64,000 nucleotides of DNA from an uncultured Hyphomicrobiales bacterium (GCA_964610885.1 CAZSWR010000001.1:63260-127259), one strand, 5' to 3'; counted from the first letter of the stretch, positions 19,857 through 29,582 are shown. Numbers and translations: made by a program. The notes: generated from the letters alone by a model not told the origin.

Positions 19857-20471
19857 CTACCTACGTATCCAATCGATCATCATTGAATCGAATTCTGCAT
19901 CGGGGATCTGGGCTGTTTCGTAAAGCCCTTTTTCGTTGCGTTGGCGGAAGGCTTCGAAGAGCGAAACCGCGCAAGCAACTGAAATATTCAGGCTTTGAAT
20001 CATTCCAACCTGCGGGATCAGGAAATTTCCATCGGCTTTCTGGACGGCTTCTTCGCTGACTCCGGCGTGTTCGTTCCCGAAGACTAATGCGACCGGCTCG
20101 CATAGGTCGAGTGAATACAGCGAAACCGAGTCCTTGGCCATGTGCGTCGTGTAGATTTTCTTTCCTTCGGCCCGAAGTTGCGCGTAGCACTCGTCCACCG
20201 ACTCGAAGAATTTTAAATCCACCCATTTGCGGGCGCTGGCGGAACTTCTTTCGCCCAATGGCCTGAATATCTGGCCGCCGTGATAAATGAGGCAAATTTC
20301 TGCCACGCCCACAGCGTCGCACGAGCGGATGCAGGCTGAAACATTGTGCGGATCGTTAATGTTTTCTAAAACAATCGTAAGCGATTTCTGACGGTTATTT
20401 AGCACACGGTAAATCTTCTCGACTCGCTCTGGCGTTCCGAGTTTATAAAAATCATCTTTGATAACATTCAT
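19857..20471 (-). CDS. trmH: SpoU/TrmH-family RNA 2'-O-methyltransferase (tRNA Gm18 methyltransferase-like)
   Basis: ...VLENINDPHNVSACIRSCDAVG... and the SPOUT fold pattern; 204 aa. Confidence 0.75.
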   Translation of the reverse strand: MNVIKDDFYKLGTPERVEKIYRVLNNRQKSLTIVLENINDPHNVSACIRSCDAVGVAEICLIYHGGQIFRPLGERSSASARKWVDLKFFESVDECYAQLRAEGKKIYTTHMAKDSVSLYSLDLCEPVALVFGNEHAGVSEEAVQKADGNFLIPQVGMIQSLNISVACAVSLFEAFRQRNEKGLYETAQIPDAEFDSMMIDWIRR

Positions 20472-20514
20472 CGTAATCTGTTGATATATTTATAATTACG
20501 CTATTTACTTAACA

Positions 20515-20554
20515 AAATAAAAAAAACCCGCCAAACCGATAGGGAAGAGCGGGC
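20515..20554 (-). terminator. Rho-independent terminator after the membrane-protein gene
   Basis: On the minus strand GCCCGC...GCGGG hairpin followed by TTTTTTTT. Confidence 0.55.
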
Positions 20555-20576
20555 TATTTAAATCTAATAATGATAA

Positions 20577-21104
20577 TTATTTAGCTGATACTCTTGCCAA
20601 TTTGGGGAAATATTTGCCTGCAAGAGCAAACGAACCAAACATCACGCCGGAGAAGACGATATCGCCAAGAATTGCATTGCGGAAGAACGGAATTGCTGCT
20701 GTATATGCGGCAACGAAGCCTTCGACTGACATTTCGCAGAATGTAAGCCAAAATGCGAAATTGGTGATGATAAAGAAAACTACTGAACCGGCGAGCGATG
20801 CGCCAACAACGCTGAATGCGTTAACGCGGTTGCGAATGGCGTTGCCAATCAAAACGCTAAGGGCGATCGAAAGGTAAACAGCAAGGATTGTGGCATGGAA
20901 GCCAAGGAATATATCGCTAATAAACATAGCTGCTAAGGGGACAATCAATGCAAGGCGTTTGTCGGCAATTGAAGCACCGCCGAAAATTGCCAATGCCATG
21001 ATCGGGTTGAAGTTAGGAAGCTGTCCGGGAATGAGGCGCGACAATGCTGCGACGAGAATCATTCCGATGGCCGTGATTGTGGTTGCATTAAAAAACTTTT
21101 TCAT
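20577..21104 (-). CDS. Small integral membrane protein (DUF6580-like / ECF-transporter S-component-like)
   Basis: 175 aa, 5-6 TM helices; NFNPIMALAIFGGA motif reminiscent of the DUF6580 putative transport family. Confidence 0.5.
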   Translation of the reverse strand: MKKFFNATTITAIGMILVAALSRLIPGQLPNFNPIMALAIFGGASIADKRLALIVPLAAMFISDIFLGFHATILAVYLSIALSVLIGNAIRNRVNAFSVVGASLAGSVVFFIITNFAFWLTFCEMSVEGFVAAYTAAIPFFRNAILGDIVFSGVMFGSFALAGKYFPKLARVSAK

Positions 21105-21326
21105 TTAATCCGTCCTTATAATAATTCAATTACTTGGTTACAAAATTAAGCAATCTTTTTTTCTTTTCCAATCAAAGCATAACTTATTATTTCAGGCAGA
21201 TTGCAGAACACTGAAATAAAATGGGAGATAGGGATAAATACATATACATATTAGTTTACATAATGTATCTTATATTACATTTCTCATTAACTGATAAAGA
21301 ACACTTTTTGTACAAACAAAAGCAGA

Positions 21327-21515
21327 TCAAGGCTTCTTGTCTGTATCGCTATCCAGAAAGAATTTCAACGTCTTATAGAAATCGGGATCTTTGTCGTCAA
21401 TTTTCTTAAGCATTTTATTCTTTATTTCTTTCACCAAAAGTTCTTTGAAAAGTTTCTCTTGGTCCGGGTCCATGCCTTCGGTTAATTTTTTTCTTGTTTC
21501 GGCATCCATAATCAT
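21327..21515 (-). CDS. Small K/E/D-rich hypothetical protein (62 aa) downstream of pyrC
   Basis: Reading frame only; low-complexity charged sequence; could be spurious. Confidence 0.25.
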   Translation of the reverse strand: MIMDAETRKKLTEGMDPDQEKLFKELLVKEIKNKMLKKIDDKDPDFYKTLKFFLDSDTDKKP

Positions 21516-21586
21516 TTATCTCCAAAATCAATTATGCTCCATATCATTGCACGTAATAATATGCTAATTATTGTGAATCGTAAGGC

Positions 21587-22870
21587 TTAGAGTTCGCATT
21601 TGTGAGCATTGCCATTGTTAATCGCAAAAACGGGCTTGCCGACAAATTTGAAACCGTGGAAAGGCGAGTTCTTGGATTTTGATTTCAGTTTGGCCTTGTC
21701 GAGTACCCATTCGGTATTTGGTGCGAAAACCGTGATGTTTGCGTTTGCACCTTTTTCGATTTTGATGGATTCCAATTTGAGAATCTTACGCGGATTTACG
21801 GAGAGCTTTTCTACCATTTGGCGAAGCGTAATCGCTTTAGTGGCAACGAGTTGAGTCGATGCGATCGCCAGGGCGGTCTCCAATCCGACGATTCCATTGG
21901 GTGCTATATCGAATTCTACATCTTTTTCGTGCAATGCGTGCGGAGCGTGATCGGTTGCAATGCAATCGATTGTTCCGTCGGCCAGTCCGGCGACGATTGC
22001 TTCGACGTCTTTGCGTGTGCGGAGCGGCGGATTCATTTTGAGCGAAGTGTCGTACGAGACGAGTGCTTCGTCTGTCAAAGTGAAATGGTGTGGAGTTGCC
22101 TCGGCGGTAACTCTCATGCCCTTGCGTTTCGCATTGCGAATCAATTCGACGGCGCCTGCTGTCGAAATGTGCGAAGCGTGGTAGCGGCGGTTTCCGCAGT
22201 ACTCGGCCAACATCAAATCGCGAGAAAGGATAATCTCTTCGGCAACCGACGGGTAGCCCTTCAGGCCGAGTTTAAACGACATCACGCCTTCGTTAGCTGT
22301 AAACTTTTGTGTGAGCGATACGTCTTCGCAATGTTGGGAAATCAGTATATCCTTCACGGACGAATACTCGAAAGCGCGTTTCAGAGTCTCGGAATCCATA
22401 ACGGTCGAACCGTCGTCCGTGAACATCCTCACGCCGCTGTCGGCCATTTCGAGCATTTGAGAAATCTTTTTGCCTTCGCGGCCTTGCGTGATGGCGCCGG
22501 CGGGCAATACATCGACCAAATTACCCGAGGATTTCGCTTTAATATATTCAATGACTGTCGCGTTGTCGATTGCCGGTTCGGTGTTTGGCATACAGCACAC
22601 GCCAGTAAAACCACCGTTTGCGGCGGAAAGCGTACCTGATGCAATGTCTTCTTTGTACTCGAAGCCGGGTTCGCGCAGGTGCACGTGCATATCGAAGAAA
22701 CCGGGAGCGGCCACGAGGTCTTTACCATCGATCACCTCTGCCCCATCGATATTGGCACACGGTTCGGCCGAGCAATGCTCGATTTTTCCGTCTTTGACCC
22801 ACAAATCTACTCTGGTCTCGATGTCCTGCTCTGGACTAACGAGCAGTATTTGTTTAAAATACAGATTCAT
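21587..22870 (-). CDS. pyrC: Dihydroorotase
   Basis: 427 aa; DMHVHLREPGFEYKEDIASGTLSAANGGFT and the metal-binding His/Asp pattern of the amidohydrolase DHOase family. Confidence 0.9.
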   Translation of the reverse strand: MNLYFKQILLVSPEQDIETRVDLWVKDGKIEHCSAEPCANIDGAEVIDGKDLVAAPGFFDMHVHLREPGFEYKEDIASGTLSAANGGFTGVCCMPNTEPAIDNATVIEYIKAKSSGNLVDVLPAGAITQGREGKKISQMLEMADSGVRMFTDDGSTVMDSETLKRAFEYSSVKDILISQHCEDVSLTQKFTANEGVMSFKLGLKGYPSVAEEIILSRDLMLAEYCGNRRYHASHISTAGAVELIRNAKRKGMRVTAEATPHHFTLTDEALVSYDTSLKMNPPLRTRKDVEAIVAGLADGTIDCIATDHAPHALHEKDVEFDIAPNGIVGLETALAIASTQLVATKAITLRQMVEKLSVNPRKILKLESIKIEKGANANITVFAPNTEWVLDKAKLKSKSKNSPFHGFKFVGKPVFAINNGNAHKCEL

Positions 22871-22983
22871 TATATCTCCTTTGTTATTATTTTAATTGTT
22901 TGAATTCACGATTATAAAATATTTTCTTATACTATACATCTTCATTTTATGGCATACCTTCGTTCTTAAGGAATGCTTAAACT

Positions 22984-23013
22984 TTGCAAAAATAGTGAAA
23001 ATTCGCGTAATAT
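22984..23013 (+). promoter_or_regulatory. Candidate sigma70-type promoter upstream of the 1059-aa gene
   Basis: TTGCAA, 18-nt spacer, TAATAT, ending ~45 bp before the ATG at 23059. Confidence 0.3.
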
Positions 23014-23058
23014 CATTGTCATTGTTAATAAGTTTTAGAAAAATCGAAAAGGCTGGTT

Positions 23059-26000
23059 ATGGACAATTTGGAAACGCCGAGATTGGGCGAAATCGATATT
23101 AAACAAAAAAGGTTCGATTGCCTTGCAGCAGTTGATAATCTGTTCGCCGAAAAGGACTTCTCCCTTTTTGAAATATGTAATTCGCTGCTGACAATCATCC
23201 CTCTCGGATTCGAACAGACCGAAATGTGCAATGTGCGCCTGTCGGTTTTCGATAAAACCTACGAAAGCAATGACTTCAAGGAATCCAATTGGTTCATTTC
23301 ATCGAATATTCAATTCGAGAATATCACCTTCGGGCAAGTTATGGTGTATTACTCCTACCCTACCGATTTCAATGCGGAATGCGTATTCAACCCCGAAGAG
23401 AAAGTGTTGCTTAACATTATAGCATACAAACTGTTAGAACATTTATTTAAACTAAATATTGTCAATTCCGAACTGTTGAATCAGAGGAGTATTTCTTTGG
23501 AAAAGCAGTCCGAATGGAAAATCCTTGTCGATTTACTCCATAAAACCGATCATTTGCTTTTTTCTATTATATCAAGAAAAATGATCAACTTACTGTTTTT
23601 CAAAGGAATAGACGAAGCGCGCCAAGTGTTTCACAAATTAGGCACATTCGACGAATACGAGAATCCATTTGCGGAAACCAACAGCCCATCAAAGAAGCAA
23701 GTCCTCGAAAATTCATACAATATGGGCGAGGAAATCTTTGAAATTGCTTCGAAATACCTTTCCGATGTCGATATTCTGCAATTAATTCAAAAATGGATGT
23801 ATGAGGAAAAATCGCATTTCCTCGTTAAATCCCTATCCAATCCGAACACTCCTCTCAACGAAATTGCCGATGCCGTCAGGAGGTATCAATTGGTGAATCC
23901 TACTCGGGTGGACTTCGTCTCCCCCACCCAACGCGGCATCATCGCATCGCTCATTCGCCGATTCCTGACCGACCAAATTGAATTCATAAATATCGGCAAG
24001 CATTACATGGATATTGCCGATTTCAATGAGTTGCTCTCCCGATTGATTTTCCCTTCGGAAAGCCATGGAAAAATCGGCGGCAAAAGCTCCGGTATTTTCC
24101 TTGCGGACAAGATCCTGCGGAAGTGTTCGCAAGAGGACGAACTGCTTGCAAATATCAAAACTCCAAAGACATGGTACTTGACCTCTGACGGCATCATCAA
24201 CTTCATATACTACAACAACTTGGAAGAAGTGATGGAGCAGAAGTATAAGGCCATTGACGAAATTCGATCGGAGTATCCATACGTGGTGCAAGCATTTAAG
24301 AACTCGCATTATTCGCCCGAAATGATGAACGGGCTTTCCCGCGCATTGGACGATTTCGGCGACAAACCAATTATCGTACGCAGTTCGAGCCTCCTGGAGG
24401 ACAGGATTGGTTCCGTCTTTGCCGGCAAATATAAAAGCCTCTTTCTGGGGAACCAAGGCTCGAAACAGGAGCGATTGGAAGCGCTAATGGACGCAATATC
24501 AGAGGTTTACGCTTCGATTTTCGGCCCCGACCCCATTGGCTACCGCTCCGAAAAAGCTCTCTTGGACTTCAACGAAGAGATGGGCATAATGATACAAGAA
24601 GTGGTCGGCAAACGTTGCGGCAAATACTTCTTCCCTGCCTTTGCCGGCGTAGCCTTCAGCAACAACGAATTCCGTTGGTCGCCTCGCATCAAGCGTGAAG
24701 ATGGCCTTATCCGCGTGGTCCCCGGGCTGGGCACAAGGGCTGTGGACCGCATCGGGGACGATTACCCGATTCTTATCGCGCCGGGGCACCCAGAACTGCG
24801 AGTGAACCAATCGTTCAGAGACATGGTCTGCTATGCGCCGAAATACATCGACGTGATCAATTTAGAGACTAACACATTTGAAACTATTTCGATTGATAGC
24901 TTGATTCGCGAGGTGGGCAATCGGTACCCGGGCATTAACGAAGTATTTTCAATACTTGAGGAAAATCATTTGCGCCGGCCTTATGGCGTCGGGATCGATA
25001 CAAAGCAACACGATATTGTCCCCACATTCGAGAACTTCGTCTTAGGGACAAATGGAGTTAAAAAACTATACGCAGTTTTGCAAAAACTAAAAGAAAAACT
25101 ACGCACTCCTGTGGACATTGAGTTCGCCTCGGATGGGAATAATTTCTACTTGCTCCAGTGCAGAGCGCAAAGCTTTGCCGGAGACGCTACTTCGTGCGAG
25201 ATACCTCGGGACGTCCCAGAGGAAGACATTGTCTTCACAGCTGCCCAGCACGTAACGAACGGCAAAATGCCCGATATCCATTATATTGTTTATGTGGACC
25301 CGACTGAATACGCTAAGATGACCGAATTCAAGGATATGAAAGATATTGGAATCGCCGTCGGCAAATTGAACAAGATGCTTCCCAAAAGAGGTTTCATACT
25401 TATGGGGCCTGGGCGTTGGGGCAGCCGCGACGATATTAAAATGGGCGTTAGCATATCCTATTCCGATATCAATTGCACGGCGATGCTTATCGAAATTGCT
25501 AAAAACAAAGGCGGTTACGTGCCAGACCTTTCGTTCGGTACGCACTTCTTCCAGGACTTGGTCGAGGCGTCTATACGCTATTTGCCGCTTTACCCGGACA
25601 ATGATGGTATTATTTTCAACGAACATTTCTTAATGAATTCCGAGAACATTCTCACACGTTTGCTCCCAGAGTTTGCGCACGTTGCCGATGCACTCCGCGT
25701 TATCAACGTGGCCGAAGTTGCAAACGGAAAGCTACTGCGTGTGATGATGAACGGAGACGCCGACGAAGCATTGGCCTACCTGTACAAACCGTCCGGCAAG
25801 ATTACAGGAAACAAATTCGGCGCTGCGAAAACGCACGAACATTCCACCGAATCCTCGAAAATTGAATTGCGCAAATGGAGGAAAAACATCGTCGAGCGCA
25901 TGGCCGAACAGTTGGACGGCGAGCGCTTCGGAGTCGAATCTGTTTATTTATTCGGAACCACTTACGACGAAACGGGCGAACCCGATGCCGATATTGATTT

Positions 26001-26238
26001 GCTGTTCGTGTTCGACGGCAGCCCGAGGGACCGCCAGGAGCTCCTTGTGTGGATCGAAGGTTGGGACATGGCTCTCCGCGAGATTTATTTCCAGCGCACC
26101 GGCTACAGGTTGGATAAGCTCTTAGACGCGATTCTGGTGGAACCGGAGCAGATTATCGAACTGAAGTATTATTCGGAAATAATCGACCCGAAACTAAAAC
26201 GCTCGAAAAAATTAGCGCTGAAGAATGAGCAGAAATAG
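23059..26238 (+). CDS. Multidomain protein: GAF-like N-terminus, PEP/pyruvate-binding ATP-grasp domain (PPDK_N), and C-terminal Pol-beta-type nucleotidyltransferase domain
   Basis: N-terminal ...GQVMVYYSYPTDFNAECVFNPEEKVLLNIIAYKLLEHL looks GAF-like. Central IVRSSSLLEDRIGSVFAGKYKSLFL, MGIMIQEVVG, LIRVVPGLGTRAVD and VDIEFASDGNNFYLLQCRAQ are PPDK_N/PEP-synthase ATP-grasp signatures. C-terminal VYLFGTTYDETGEPDADIDLLFVFDG is an NTase [G-S/T]x9-13 DxD motif. No GGRTSHAAI phosphohistidine swivel motif was seen. Confidence 0.75.
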   Translation: MDNLETPRLGEIDIKQKRFDCLAAVDNLFAEKDFSLFEICNSLLTIIPLGFEQTEMCNVRLSVFDKTYESNDFKESNWFISSNIQFENITFGQVMVYYSYPTDFNAECVFNPEEKVLLNIIAYKLLEHLFKLNIVNSELLNQRSISLEKQSEWKILVDLLHKTDHLLFSIISRKMINLLFFKGIDEARQVFHKLGTFDEYENPFAETNSPSKKQVLENSYNMGEEIFEIASKYLSDVDILQLIQKWMYEEKSHFLVKSLSNPNTPLNEIADAVRRYQLVNPTRVDFVSPTQRGIIASLIRRFLTDQIEFINIGKHYMDIADFNELLSRLIFPSESHGKIGGKSSGIFLADKILRKCSQEDELLANIKTPKTWYLTSDGIINFIYYNNLEEVMEQKYKAIDEIRSEYPYVVQAFKNSHYSPEMMNGLSRALDDFGDKPIIVRSSSLLEDRIGSVFAGKYKSLFLGNQGSKQERLEALMDAISEVYASIFGPDPIGYRSEKALLDFNEEMGIMIQEVVGKRCGKYFFPAFAGVAFSNNEFRWSPRIKREDGLIRVVPGLGTRAVDRIGDDYPILIAPGHPELRVNQSFRDMVCYAPKYIDVINLETNTFETISIDSLIREVGNRYPGINEVFSILEENHLRRPYGVGIDTKQHDIVPTFENFVLGTNGVKKLYAVLQKLKEKLRTPVDIEFASDGNNFYLLQCRAQSFAGDATSCEIPRDVPEEDIVFTAAQHVTNGKMPDIHYIVYVDPTEYAKMTEFKDMKDIGIAVGKLNKMLPKRGFILMGPGRWGSRDDIKMGVSISYSDINCTAMLIEIAKNKGGYVPDLSFGTHFFQDLVEASIRYLPLYPDNDGIIFNEHFLMNSENILTRLLPEFAHVADALRVINVAEVANGKLLRVMMNGDADEALAYLYKPSGKITGNKFGAAKTHEHSTESSKIELRKWRKNIVERMAEQLDGERFGVESVYLFGTTYDETGEPDADIDLLFVFDGSPRDRQELLVWIEGWDMALREIYFQRTGYRLDKLLDAILVEPEQIIELKYYSEIIDPKLKRSKKLALKNEQK

Positions 26239-26349
26239 TGCGGTATGTTCTTGAAATATCTACAAATCCCCCAAACACCTTTGTCAAAGGGGGCCAAAGA
26301 ACATAATTCGCGTAAGCCACTGAGAATATAAGAGATAGGGCTGTACTTA

Positions 26350-26393
26350 AACCCACGGGTTAACCCGTGGGTTGGCACAGAGATACTATTTCA
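26350..26393. repeat. Internally deleted mini-copy of the repeat family: 24-bp perfect palindrome plus the conserved right end
   Basis: AACCCACGGGTTAACCCGTGGGTT (26350-26373) is a perfect palindrome, followed by ATACTATTTCAA, which matches the right end of copy 2 (39403-39414). Confidence 0.4.
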
Positions 26394-26423
26394 ACAGCCT
26401 CCCGAAACGATATAGAACCACAC

Positions 26424-27497
26424 TTATGCTGTTTCCTGTACAACTGCCTCTGCCCTACCCAGTTTCAGGCGGCGAATCTTTTCGCGAAGTGGCGTTTCTA
26501 TGTACTTGTAACTATAAGAAGATACGACGATGAGAATTGCGAGCGAAATATAGAAAATGGCAGTTTGGTTGAAAAGGCCAAGAAATACTAATGCATAATT
26601 GGCGAACATGAAAACAGGATACTGTAGTATGTAAATTCCATAGCTTGCTTCGCCGAGGAATATCAGTGATTTATGTTCCATTATTCTGGTCAGGATTCCA
26701 TTGTTTGATGCCATGAAGACAATCAGCGGGATGAAAAACACAGCAAGCAACCCGTCGTGATAATTAAGACCGAATGAATATTTGAGTGCTAAAACTATTC
26801 CAACCAAACAGATAAGAACCGGTACATCCAGATTTCTCTTCAGATTCTTTAATCTTTGCATGAAAAACAAACCGGCAGCGTTGCCCAGTAGAAATTCGTT
26901 CAAGTGCATAAGCGGATGGTACATAGTATGGCCCGGGAAGACGCTGATACCATTATTGAACAATGGCGAAGTTCTATAGTTTAAAAAGATTTGCGTTACG
27001 ATCCAAATTAAAAGCGAACCAATAACTATATATTTACATTGAATTCGTTTATATACCGAGTTGAATAGAATGGGAAACAATAAGTAAAACAGTATTTCGA
27101 CACATATCGACCAACCGGGCAAGTTGAACCTGAGTGCAGTATTTAAAACCCATGATTGAACTGCAAACAAATCACACAGGATTCCGAGATAATTCATCGG
27201 CTGAATCGCAACAATGTGCCAGACGAACCACAATACAATTGCTAAGAAATAAATTGGATAAATACGGCCAAATCGATTCTGATAGTACTTCATCGGCGAT
27301 ACTTTTTCTTGGTTTCCATAGGCGATGATCATAACGAAGCCCGAGAGCAGGAAAAAGTAGCTCACGCCAACGTTTGCCTGCTCGAACAAAAATGACAGAG
27401 ATGGCAAATTGAAAGGAAAGATATTCTTTCCAAAATGGAACACAACAATAGATACCGCTGCGATAAACCTCGTAAAAGTGATTTGGTCAATTCTCAT
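26424..27497 (-). CDS. Acyltransferase family 3 (OafA/YrhL-like) membrane protein
   Basis: 357 aa, ~10 TM helices; N-terminal FTRFIAAVSIVVFHFG pattern of the acyltransferase_3 family. Confidence 0.85.
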   Translation of the reverse strand: MRIDQITFTRFIAAVSIVVFHFGKNIFPFNLPSLSFLFEQANVGVSYFFLLSGFVMIIAYGNQEKVSPMKYYQNRFGRIYPIYFLAIVLWFVWHIVAIQPMNYLGILCDLFAVQSWVLNTALRFNLPGWSICVEILFYLLFPILFNSVYKRIQCKYIVIGSLLIWIVTQIFLNYRTSPLFNNGISVFPGHTMYHPLMHLNEFLLGNAAGLFFMQRLKNLKRNLDVPVLICLVGIVLALKYSFGLNYHDGLLAVFFIPLIVFMASNNGILTRIMEHKSLIFLGEASYGIYILQYPVFMFANYALVFLGLFNQTAIFYISLAILIVVSSYSYKYIETPLREKIRRLKLGRAEAVVQETA

Positions 27498-27627
27498 TTT
27501 TCATTCTTAATGGGATAGAAATAAATATACTCTAACTCAAGGGATATTATTCTTCTCTTTATTACTTTAATAAAAACCACGAAAAAACTATAACCGAGAG
27601 AAATTTGATTCGGAAGTTGACTAATTA

Positions 27628-28014
27628 TTACTTGCAATATTTTATATATATCTTTTGTAAATGTTTGAGTAAAAGGATAGCGGCGGCCACTCCAATCAAG
27701 TCGGCCAGCCAATCAAATATATCGCATTGGCGGCCCGGGACAAAGTATTGATGAATCTCGTCGCTTGCAGCGTAAAATGCGCCGGTTAGCAATACAAATA
27801 TCCGTGTGCGTTTCATTGGCGAATCGGGGCGAATACCCGTAAAAAACATACCGAGGCACACACCGAAGACAAAATAACCAATCGCATGGTATAGTTTGTC
27901 CTGTGCGTCGAAGCCCAGGTCTGGAATATTGACCTGCTCTTGGTTGGACGACCAATAAATCATAAGCGCTGCGAGCGGTGCCGGAACGAGATAAAGCAAT
28001 CGGATTATTTTCAT
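27628..28014 (-). CDS. VanZ-family membrane protein
   Basis: DKLYHAIGYFVFG...SDEIHQYFVPGRQCDIFDWLADLIG matches the VanZ-like signature. Start overlaps the nnr stop. Confidence 0.75.
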   Translation of the reverse strand: MKIIRLLYLVPAPLAALMIYWSSNQEQVNIPDLGFDAQDKLYHAIGYFVFGVCLGMFFTGIRPDSPMKRTRIFVLLTGAFYAASDEIHQYFVPGRQCDIFDWLADLIGVAAAILLLKHLQKIYIKYCK

Positions 28015-29582
28015 ACTAATTCAAATGCTTTTGGTAAATACTCAATCAGTCTGCTTGCGGTAAGGCATTCGAGTGGGTTCAATTCGGCGAACTTGTCTCC
28101 GGCTGCCGAATGCAAGAAGGCCGCAACGCTTGCCGCCTCCAGTGGGGCGATACCGCGAGACAGCAAAGCTCCGATAATGCCTGAGAGCACGTCTCCCGAA
28201 CCGGCAGTGGCCATCCCGGGGTTCCCGCCTGTGTTGAAGTAAGTCTTCCCGCCATCAGTTATTATTGTGGGAACGTGTTTGAGCAGAATAATCGCGCCCA
28301 ATTCCTCGGCCCATTGTTTTGCGACCTCCAAAGAATTCTCTTCGATCCATTTTCTGTCCAGCTCGGTGATACGGGCCAATTCTCCGGCATGGGGAGTTAA
28401 TACAATATTCTTCCTCAGTTCGGAGCGTTTCCCCACCAAGCGAAGCCCATCGGCATCGATGGCAATTGGCGTCGATTCAGGTATTTTTAGCAGTAATTCC
28501 TTGGCTAAATCAAGAGTTTCTTCGTCGTCCGTCAGGCCCGGGCCGATCACGACCGAAGATGCGGAATCGATATATTTCAGGATTTCGTGAAGCGATTTCC
28601 TCGAAATGCTTCCCGAATCCGTTTTAGTGCACTCGTGGACGATTATCTCCGGCAGAATGGCGCTGTGGCGCGTGGTGGTGAACAAACGGACATATCCCGC
28701 CCCTGAAGTGATTGCGGCATTGGCTGCGAGCGTGGCAGCACCGGCGTATTGTTCGGAGCCGGCTACGATCAGCACCGAACCATAGTCATATTTCGAGGAC
28801 ACTCTGGGACGCTTAGGAATAATTCGCTCGACATCATCGGATTCGAGCCAGAAGGCGTCCGCGACGGCAAGAGGAATGAAATCGGGCGCACCGAGACGCG
28901 CCACCTCGACGCGGCCACAGTAATCCGGCCCGTTGCGAAGAAGCATTCCCTGCTTGACAGAAAACATCGTTACGGTAAGGTCTGCGCAAAAACAGTTCGG
29001 AGCGGCAATGCCCGTCAGCGAATCAAGGCCGGTCGGGACGTCGATGGCGATTTTCAGTGCTTCCACTTCGGATAATTTATCTAAGATCAATTTGGGAACA
29101 CCGTTTATGCTACTCGAGCCGCCCACGCCGATCATTGCGTCGATGATGCAGTCAAAGTTAAAATCTATTTGGGATAGGTCTGAATTTTGGTCAATATGAA
29201 AAGTCTCAATTCCGAGTTTTTCAATTGCCTCGAAGTTGGTGAGTGTTTCCTTGGTCATTTTTTCTTTCGAGCCGAACCAGAACACCTTGATATTCCTATC
29301 GAAGAGGTGGCGTGCGATTGCAAAGCCGTCGCCGCCGTTGTTGCCGCTACCGCAGAAAATACCAACTTTGGGTTCGACCTTACCCTTAGCGCCGAGCGAG
29401 CGGTTAAGGAATTCCGACAGACTTACGAATTCGGCGTCAATGATTTCGGCGGCCGAGCGAGCGGCATTTTCCATCAGGATGGCCGAAGGAATACCGTAGC
29501 GTTCGATGGCGGTCATATCGGCCAAGCGCATTTGTTCCGGTGTGAGTATGCTTTTCATTTTCAATTCCAATAAAATACTCAA
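28011..29582 (-). CDS. nnr: Bifunctional NAD(P)H-hydrate repair enzyme (epimerase + ADP-dependent dehydratase)
   Basis: 523 aa; N-terminal YjeF-N (CGSGNNGGDGFAIARHL) and C-terminal carbohydrate-kinase-like dehydratase domain (GGNPGMATAGSGDVLSG). Confidence 0.9.
   Translation of the reverse strand: MSILLELKMKSILTPEQMRLADMTAIERYGIPSAILMENAARSAAEIIDAEFVSLSEFLNRSLGAKGKVEPKVGIFCGSGNNGGDGFAIARHLFDRNIKVFWFGSKEKMTKETLTNFEAIEKLGIETFHIDQNSDLSQIDFNFDCIIDAMIGVGGSSSINGVPKLILDKLSEVEALKIAIDVPTGLDSLTGIAAPNCFCADLTVTMFSVKQGMLLRNGPDYCGRVEVARLGAPDFIPLAVADAFWLESDDVERIIPKRPRVSSKYDYGSVLIVAGSEQYAGAATLAANAAITSGAGYVRLFTTTRHSAILPEIIVHECTKTDSGSISRKSLHEILKYIDSASSVVIGPGLTDDEETLDLAKELLLKIPESTPIAIDADGLRLVGKRSELRKNIVLTPHAGELARITELDRKWIEENSLEVAKQWAEELGAIILLKHVPTIITDGGKTYFNTGGNPGMATAGSGDVLSGIIGALLSRGIAPLEAASVAAFLHSAAGDKFAELNPLECLTASRLIEYLPKAFELV

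Noticed and set aside
21818-22639. 273-aa + ORF
   Set aside because: Antisense to dihydroorotase (pyrC).
26255-26290. CCCCCAAACACCTTTGTCAAAGGGGG hairpin after the 1059-aa gene as a terminator
   Set aside because: Imperfect stem with a bulge and no T-run, so not confidently a terminator.
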